IMG/VR virus record: IMGVR_UViG_3300042564_007246
DNA length: 20,000 nt
Strand: one strand, 5' to 3'
Origin: an uncultured virus (IMG/VR IMGVR_UViG_3300042564_007246)
Taxonomy: Duplodnaviria > Heunggongvirae > Uroviricota > Caudoviricetes
Shown here: piece after piece, positions 15,046 through 20,000 of the stretch
Numbering within the stretch: position 1 is the stretch's first letter
Layout of the letters: each line of letters starts with the position of its first letter
The notes under the pieces: generated by a model
Databases searched by the model: none
Seen by the model: only the letters and a program-made list of their open reading frames with translations
What the model was told of the DNA's origin: nothing
Program-made: the position numbers and the translations under genes

Positions 15046-15921
15046 CTAACCTTTCTTGTGCTCTTCTTGTATTTGGTCTACTTCTGCTATAACATCAACA
15101 GCTTCCCAATCATCTGCCAGCATATCTGTGTAATTGATAGTGAAAGATTTAGCAAATTTACCAACACCCAAATGAGGCAACCAACTTCTTCTTCTAATAG
15201 TCAATCCTTGATTTAAATCTTCTAAAACATCTTTGATTGTTCTGTTAGGTAAAATAACCCAATCTTCTGCAAAAAGATCCTCCACAGTGAAAATTGCTTT
15301 AGAATTGTCATATTTATCTGGTGGAAATAAATAAATATTAGGATTGCCTTTTCTTGTGACAATTTTACCATGATTGATCATTTTTAGAGCCCATGTGATA
15401 TCGGGCTTAAATTCTATATTATTTTCTTTAGCAAAATCATCAAAATTGCTTCCAATATATTTATTTCCAAAACTATCAAAAATTTCGGAATCAACAGCAT
15501 AGGGTAAATAATCTTCACCTGGATCTAAATAAGGAGAACCATTCTTATCCAATTTTGCTGCTTTCCAAGATTTATTTTTACTTTCATAGTGTGTGAAATC
15601 TTTGACTTCTTGACCCCACTGTTTAGTTTCATAATAATACTTATATATTTTACCATCAACATGAGCAAAACCATATTTAGCCCAATTAGTGCCATTAGAG
15701 CGAGGATCTTCTTCTGCTAATAAATCATGGTAGATATAACACCCATGAGTTTTCATCATGTTTATAGCTGCTGGTGTATTGTATTCTGCATTTTCGATAT
15801 TGAAATCATAAAATTTGCTTACATTTTTGACATTCATATTTATTCCAGTACGTTTTTCAAACTCACGAATTTTATTGTGATAATAATCTTTTTGACTTTT
15901 AGGCGATTTGTCCACGAGCAT
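15046..15921 (-). CDS. Multidomain protein ending in two tandem Tad2/DUF2829-like domains
   Basis: DITWALKMINHGKIVTRKG...EDLFAEDWVIL and TIKDVLEDLNQGLTIRRRSW...TDMLADDWEAV. The start may be GTG 15915 (GGAGG 6 nt upstream). Confidence 0.75.
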   Translation of the reverse strand: MLVDKSPKSQKDYYHNKIREFEKRTGINMNVKNVSKFYDFNIENAEYNTPAAINMMKTHGCYIYHDLLAEEDPRSNGTNWAKYGFAHVDGKIYKYYYETKQWGQEVKDFTHYESKNKSWKAAKLDKNGSPYLDPGEDYLPYAVDSEIFDSFGNKYIGSNFDDFAKENNIEFKPDITWALKMINHGKIVTRKGNPNIYLFPPDKYDNSKAIFTVEDLFAEDWVILPNRTIKDVLEDLNQGLTIRRRSWLPHLGVGKFAKSFTINYTDMLADDWEAVDVIAEVDQIQEEHKKG

Positions 15922-16144
15922 CCTCCAATGCAGAAATTAATTTATCAAGTTCTTCTTTATCTAAAACAACTGAATCTGAGTAAGCGAAACCATCAAAAAG
16001 AATTTTCAATCTTTTTTTCCAATTCAACTTACCATCATTAAAACCATAATTCCAAAGTGAAATATCTACAGTTTTTAATTCTACATCGGGGCGTACATGC
16101 AGAGAATGGCACAAACAATCACAGTTTATTATGGTAGTATTCAT
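15899..16144 (-). CDS. Hypothetical protein with CxCxxH motif
   Basis: NCDCLCH...WKKRLK; TGTGG-TATGAT 6 nt upstream of the ATG. Confidence 0.72.
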   Translation of the reverse strand: MNTTIINCDCLCHSLHVRPDVELKTVDISLWNYGFNDGKLNWKKRLKILFDGFAYSDSVVLDKEELDKLISALEDARGQIA

Positions 16145-16234
16145 ATCTTAATCATACCACAAAAAAATATTTTAAAAAACATTTACAACAATATTATCAC
16201 CACAAAAGTTTTATAACTTACAGGAGCAAAAAAA

Positions 16235-18574
16235 ATGTTTAATTTTTTTAAGAAAAAACTACCTAGCGATTTTGAGCAGGTACAAGAAAAGGGCAAGGAA
16301 TTAAGTGAAATTTTTTACAACCCAAACCAAGAACAACCAGATTTTAATTTAATTGATAAAGTAAAAAAAAGCAAATTCCAAGATTTTGAAGTAGCATCAT
16401 TTGCAAGTTTTTTTGAAAAGCTTGAATTGATACCTACTGTTGATCTTGGTGATGTAAATTTGAAGATTAGAACTACAAATCCTTCAGCACCAATTGATGC
16501 AGATTTATGTCAAGTTTGGATGAGAAGAACTTATACAAATCCAACAAATGGACAAACCACAGAACAATGGCTTAGTTGGGTTCCTAATGATGATGTAGCT
16601 AAAAAATATTTCAAGTTTAGTTTATTCTCTGGAGAAACGCAAACTTTCAATTTTGATGTAAGCACATTTGATGTTGGAAAATATGATAGTTTTAGATTTA
16701 TCTTCTTCACTTACCATTGGGACGTACTTGCAGATCAGACAGCTGAAAATGTTTCATTTGAAATTACTACAAAACAGAAAAGAGTAAAAACTCCATTTGT
16801 CGAAATTTTATCCAACAAGATTCAAGACCCAGGTGTTGATGGAAAATTGCATATTCCATATGTAATTAAGATGCCAGCTAAGACATTTACTACTTGGGGC
16901 GGGTGGTTCTTGTTAGCTAAAGGAGCTTCAATGTTTCAACAGCCTTGGATTCCATATGCTAAAAAGAATGGCGCAGATGTTCTTCCTGACGGTGCAACAA
17001 TGATAGCTGATGGTCCTGATCCATATTGGTATTCCGAAGGCGAAATTGTTTTTGATTATCCTTCTGTAAGTGGTATTCACAATTTACAATTTGGTTTGTT
17101 TGATTATAATTGGAAAATGCAAAACTGGGTTTATCCAGGCATTAATATTGAAGTCGGTGGAGATAATTGGGTTACTAAATGCCCAGATTCTAAATTGCCA
17201 CCAAGACTAAGAGTTATCAATGGACAATTGGTAAAGCTAAGTGGCACAGGCGGAACTGGTGGGACTATATCTAATTGTACACCTTATAATATTTATGAAG
17301 GCACAACTGGAGCCAATGCAATCACAGCTATAAGAGGTGGAAATTACGGCAATCAATATTTGTGGTCAGAAGCACCTGATTATAATCGTACTGGATATTT
17401 TAGTTCATTGAAGTTTCTTGGACATAAGTTCTTAAGACTTTTATTTAACCCAGATAAGTATATTGCTGACAAGATTTACAGAAATAGAATTCAAGACACC
17501 ATTGGTAAAATGCTTACTGCTGGATGTCATGTGATAGCTGGACCTCAACATATTCCATCAGGCAATGATTTGTATGAAAAATCTGAAGCTTTTTACAAGC
17601 TTGTTGAATTGATGGCTAACAATTGGAAGGGGTTACCAGTTTGGGTTAGCATTACAAATGAACCTAATGACATTGGTGACTGGAGTTTATGCAAGCCTAT
17701 CTTTGAAAAGGCAATAACAATTTATCGTTCCATTGATGCAGATGCATTTATTATTTGTCCAACTTCAAAGTGGTCAAAAGAAAATACAACACCAGAAGCA
17801 AATGATTTAATCGATCCTGTATTAGTTGATGCATATGCTTATCATGCATACAACAATGCTAATGAGGTTGTTCCAAATCTTAAACCATTATTAGATAAAG
17901 GCGTAGCTGTAATTGTTGAAGAGTATGGCTGTGGAGATGCTGAATGGCAAAAAAGTATTAACATTGAAATGCAAAAGCTTTCAAAATTATATCCAAACCT
18001 TATAGCGTTTGCTACTTGGGCTTGGACAAGAGCAGGGGAAGATGCCTGTCCAATGGTTGAGGATGGGAATCTTGCTAATGTCAAATTAACTGCAGTAGGT
18101 CAAATGCAAGCGAAGGATTTGAAAACTTGGGACAGTGGTAACTTTATTACTGAAGGTGGTGGAACTCAACCAAATCCACTTCCTAATCCACAACCCGTAC
18201 CTGTACATGTAGATGCTTACACAAAGGCTGAAATAGATACAAAATTTACTGAATCATTAGCTTTAATAAATGAAGATTTTAAATTACATGTTAAAACTTC
18301 TTTAGAAAGTTATGATGTTCTTCAAGATGCAGAAACAAAGCAATTTTTTGAATCTGCTGTAGTAAATTTAGAACTTGTAGATATTGCTGAAATTGATGCA
18401 AAATATACAGATGTGAGTGAAGTTTCAGTTTTGTCAGGTAAAGAAATTGCTAAGTTCAGAGCTGATTTATATAACAAAGCTCTTAGTGATTATAAGCTTA
18501 TGCTTAAAGCACCAACAGTAGCAAAATTGTCTGCTTATTTAGCCAAGTTTATTGAATATATAAAACCTGTCTAA
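16235..18574 (+). CDS. Glycoside hydrolase, GH5/clan GH-A catalytic domain with N-terminal beta-rich domains
   Basis: ITNEP (acid/base), YHAY, IVEEYG (nucleophile), TWAW; Pro-rich linker QPNPLPNPQPVP followed by AYTKAEID; AGGAG RBS. Confidence 0.8.
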   Translation: MFNFFKKKLPSDFEQVQEKGKELSEIFYNPNQEQPDFNLIDKVKKSKFQDFEVASFASFFEKLELIPTVDLGDVNLKIRTTNPSAPIDADLCQVWMRRTYTNPTNGQTTEQWLSWVPNDDVAKKYFKFSLFSGETQTFNFDVSTFDVGKYDSFRFIFFTYHWDVLADQTAENVSFEITTKQKRVKTPFVEILSNKIQDPGVDGKLHIPYVIKMPAKTFTTWGGWFLLAKGASMFQQPWIPYAKKNGADVLPDGATMIADGPDPYWYSEGEIVFDYPSVSGIHNLQFGLFDYNWKMQNWVYPGINIEVGGDNWVTKCPDSKLPPRLRVINGQLVKLSGTGGTGGTISNCTPYNIYEGTTGANAITAIRGGNYGNQYLWSEAPDYNRTGYFSSLKFLGHKFLRLLFNPDKYIADKIYRNRIQDTIGKMLTAGCHVIAGPQHIPSGNDLYEKSEAFYKLVELMANNWKGLPVWVSITNEPNDIGDWSLCKPIFEKAITIYRSIDADAFIICPTSKWSKENTTPEANDLIDPVLVDAYAYHAYNNANEVVPNLKPLLDKGVAVIVEEYGCGDAEWQKSINIEMQKLSKLYPNLIAFATWAWTRAGEDACPMVEDGNLANVKLTAVGQMQAKDLKTWDSGNFITEGGGTQPNPLPNPQPVPVHVDAYTKAEIDTKFTESLALINEDFKLHVKTSLESYDVLQDAETKQFFESAVVNLELVDIAEIDAKYTDVSEVSVLSGKEIAKFRADLYNKALSDYKLMLKAPTVAKLSAYLAKFIEYIKPV

Positions 18575-18582
18575 TTAAACAA

Positions 18583-18682
18583 ATAATGAACTTGTAAGGA
18601 TTCCTTACAAGTTCATTATGATAAGTTATTCGATAAATTAGAATAACTTGATATACCATTTTCGTGGTGTCACGAAAATGGT
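18583..18682. repeat. Three adjacent perfect inverted repeats
   Basis: 18-bp arms at 18583-18600/18602-18619; 9-bp arms at 18623-18631/18641-18649; 12-bp arms at 18655-18666/18671-18682. Confidence 0.9.
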
Positions 18683-18687
18683 TTCAT

Positions 18688-20000
18688 TTACAATATTTTT
18701 ACATTAGGAAAACTTGTCAATACTTCAAATCCCATATTGTCCCAGTGTCTTTCATCAGCAAAAGGTCTGAAGTTAATCCAATATGCATTGTCTGGCAACC
18801 AAGTTCTGATTTCACCAATTTCATTCCATGTATGATAAATCAAGTGAGTGAAATTGACATTAATATCTTCAAATGGGAAATCAACTGGTAATGGAGAATC
18901 AGCTACTAAATATCCATCTTCAATTGCCACCACTCTATTTTTAGATATATATAAATCAAATTGCGCTCTTCTATCTAAACCTTGCCAAGTTCTATTCAAT
19001 GGCTCTTTTTGTCTTTCGACACTAGGTCTGAAGAAAATATCACCCTCAAATAAACCTGTACTTGGATTTTTTATAGCCTTATAGATTATTGCACCAGAAC
19101 GAGTAGTGCAATAAGCATCCATTAGTTTTGTGAGCTTGTCTTTTGAATCTTGGCTAATCCACCAATATTCTGGATCAAAATTAATATTATCTAAAACTTT
19201 CAATGTGTCAGAGGTAAGTACATATTCATCTGCACCACCAAAGTCAGAAAATCTAATCCACCCAGATTTTGGTCTAGCTCCAGTATTCATAGTGAAAGCT
19301 GGAAACTTACCATTGTCATTAAAATTAGCAGTCCATTTTATATCAAGTTCGCTAGATGTTTCAACGACAGAATTGACTTTGAATGTGCCAACTTTGTATT
19401 CAGTAAGATCGTTTACTTTTCTATAAGGAGCCGGTAAATTCCAAGGCATATGGTCTCTGCCCGAATACTTCACTGGAATATTATAAGATTTTCTAGAACC
19501 ATCAGAATTATAACCAGTGTCCACATTCATATTGTTTGAACCAGGACCAATTTGCCATCTAAATAATTTACCAGATAATGTATTTTGTGCAATTTTATCT
19601 GCTGCTTTACCAGAATAGATTACTTCTCCAGCTGGTAATAAAAGAATGTCGCACCATCTTCTTCCTGAAAAGTGTGGATCAACTTCAAATGTTACGTGAA
19701 GAACTTTGTCTCCAGATATATTTGCAGTTTTCTTTGGACTCATCAACATTACACCATTGCTAACGTGAGAAGGTGTAGAAGACTGACCTAAAGTTCCACC
19801 ATCATAAATAGTGTCCATAAAGTGAGAACCCATTAAAAAAACAGTTGAAGCAGATGTGTCAAGATCATCTAAAAAGAATGACCATTTATCATTTTCATAC
19901 CATCTTAAAATGACATCACTTTTATTCCAATATTGCCAATTAGGTCCAAATCTTTGAGCAACAACATCCATTTTTTGTGGCATTTGAACAATTGGTTTGA
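18688..20000 (-). CDS. Large beta-rich hypothetical protein, probably 5'-truncated by the window edge
   Basis: The frame stays open upstream of ATG 19983 (KPIVQ-M) to the window end; W/D/N-rich, beta-sandwich-like composition. Confidence 0.75.
   Translation of the reverse strand, partial: KPIVQMPQKMDVVAQRFGPNWQYWNKSDVILRWYENDKWSFFLDDLDTSASTVFLMGSHFMDTIYDGGTLGQSSTPSHVSNGVMLMSPKKTANISGDKVLHVTFEVDPHFSGRRWCDILLLPAGEVIYSGKAADKIAQNTLSGKLFRWQIGPGSNNMNVDTGYNSDGSRKSYNIPVKYSGRDHMPWNLPAPYRKVNDLTEYKVGTFKVNSVVETSSELDIKWTANFNDNGKFPAFTMNTGARPKSGWIRFSDFGGADEYVLTSDTLKVLDNINFDPEYWWISQDSKDKLTKLMDAYCTTRSGAIIYKAIKNPSTGLFEGDIFFRPSVERQKEPLNRTWQGLDRRAQFDLYISKNRVVAIEDGYLVADSPLPVDFPFEDINVNFTHLIYHTWNEIGEIRTWLPDNAYWINFRPFADERHWDNMGFEVLTSFPNVKIL

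Noticed and set aside
290..19763. Short shadow ORFs (e.g. 290-496, 2116-2307, 5549-6067, 6990-7675, 10401-10586, 11364-11782, 13269-13454, 14292-14477, 14980-16041, 17842-18084, 18664-19763)
   Set aside because: They are antisense or out-of-frame overlaps of better-supported genes, with no recognisable RBS or motif.
1..20000. Stop-codon reassignment (TAG or TGA read as sense)
   Set aside because: Long genes are uninterrupted under code 11. TAG and TGA serve as coupled stops (TAGTG, ATGA), and read-through of TAG at 7114 would run deep into a convergent gene.
1..20000. tRNA, rRNA or IS elements
   Set aside because: No cloverleaf, rRNA-like segment, transposase or terminal inverted repeats were recognised.

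Overview
AT-rich, gene-dense window that looks like part of a large (jumbo-type) bacteriophage genome. It has many short, translationally coupled ORFs, sigma70-like promoters, bidirectional intrinsic terminators and no housekeeping operons; the standard genetic code fits. The left part encodes a RusA-like resolvase, a degenerate GIY-YIG protein, PD-(D/E)XK nucleases and a glycosylation/modification cluster (2OG-Fe(II) oxygenase, two paralogous GT2 enzymes, a GT-B enzyme, and a SAM methyltransferase further on), plus an orphan FeoA. The main signal is a minus-strand small-gene island (about 10.9-16.1 kb). It carries a tandem array of six Tad2/DUF2829-like paralogues with conserved ends, unrelated middles and repeated DNA junctions, further divergent copies, a fusion protein with two such domains, and two HigA-like antitoxin N-terminal motifs without HTH domains. 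This is a candidate expanded anti-defence 'sponge' island. The right part holds a GH5-like glycoside hydrolase, a triple-hairpin intergenic element and a large 5'-truncated gene. All family calls come from motif recognition by eye; no database searches were run.
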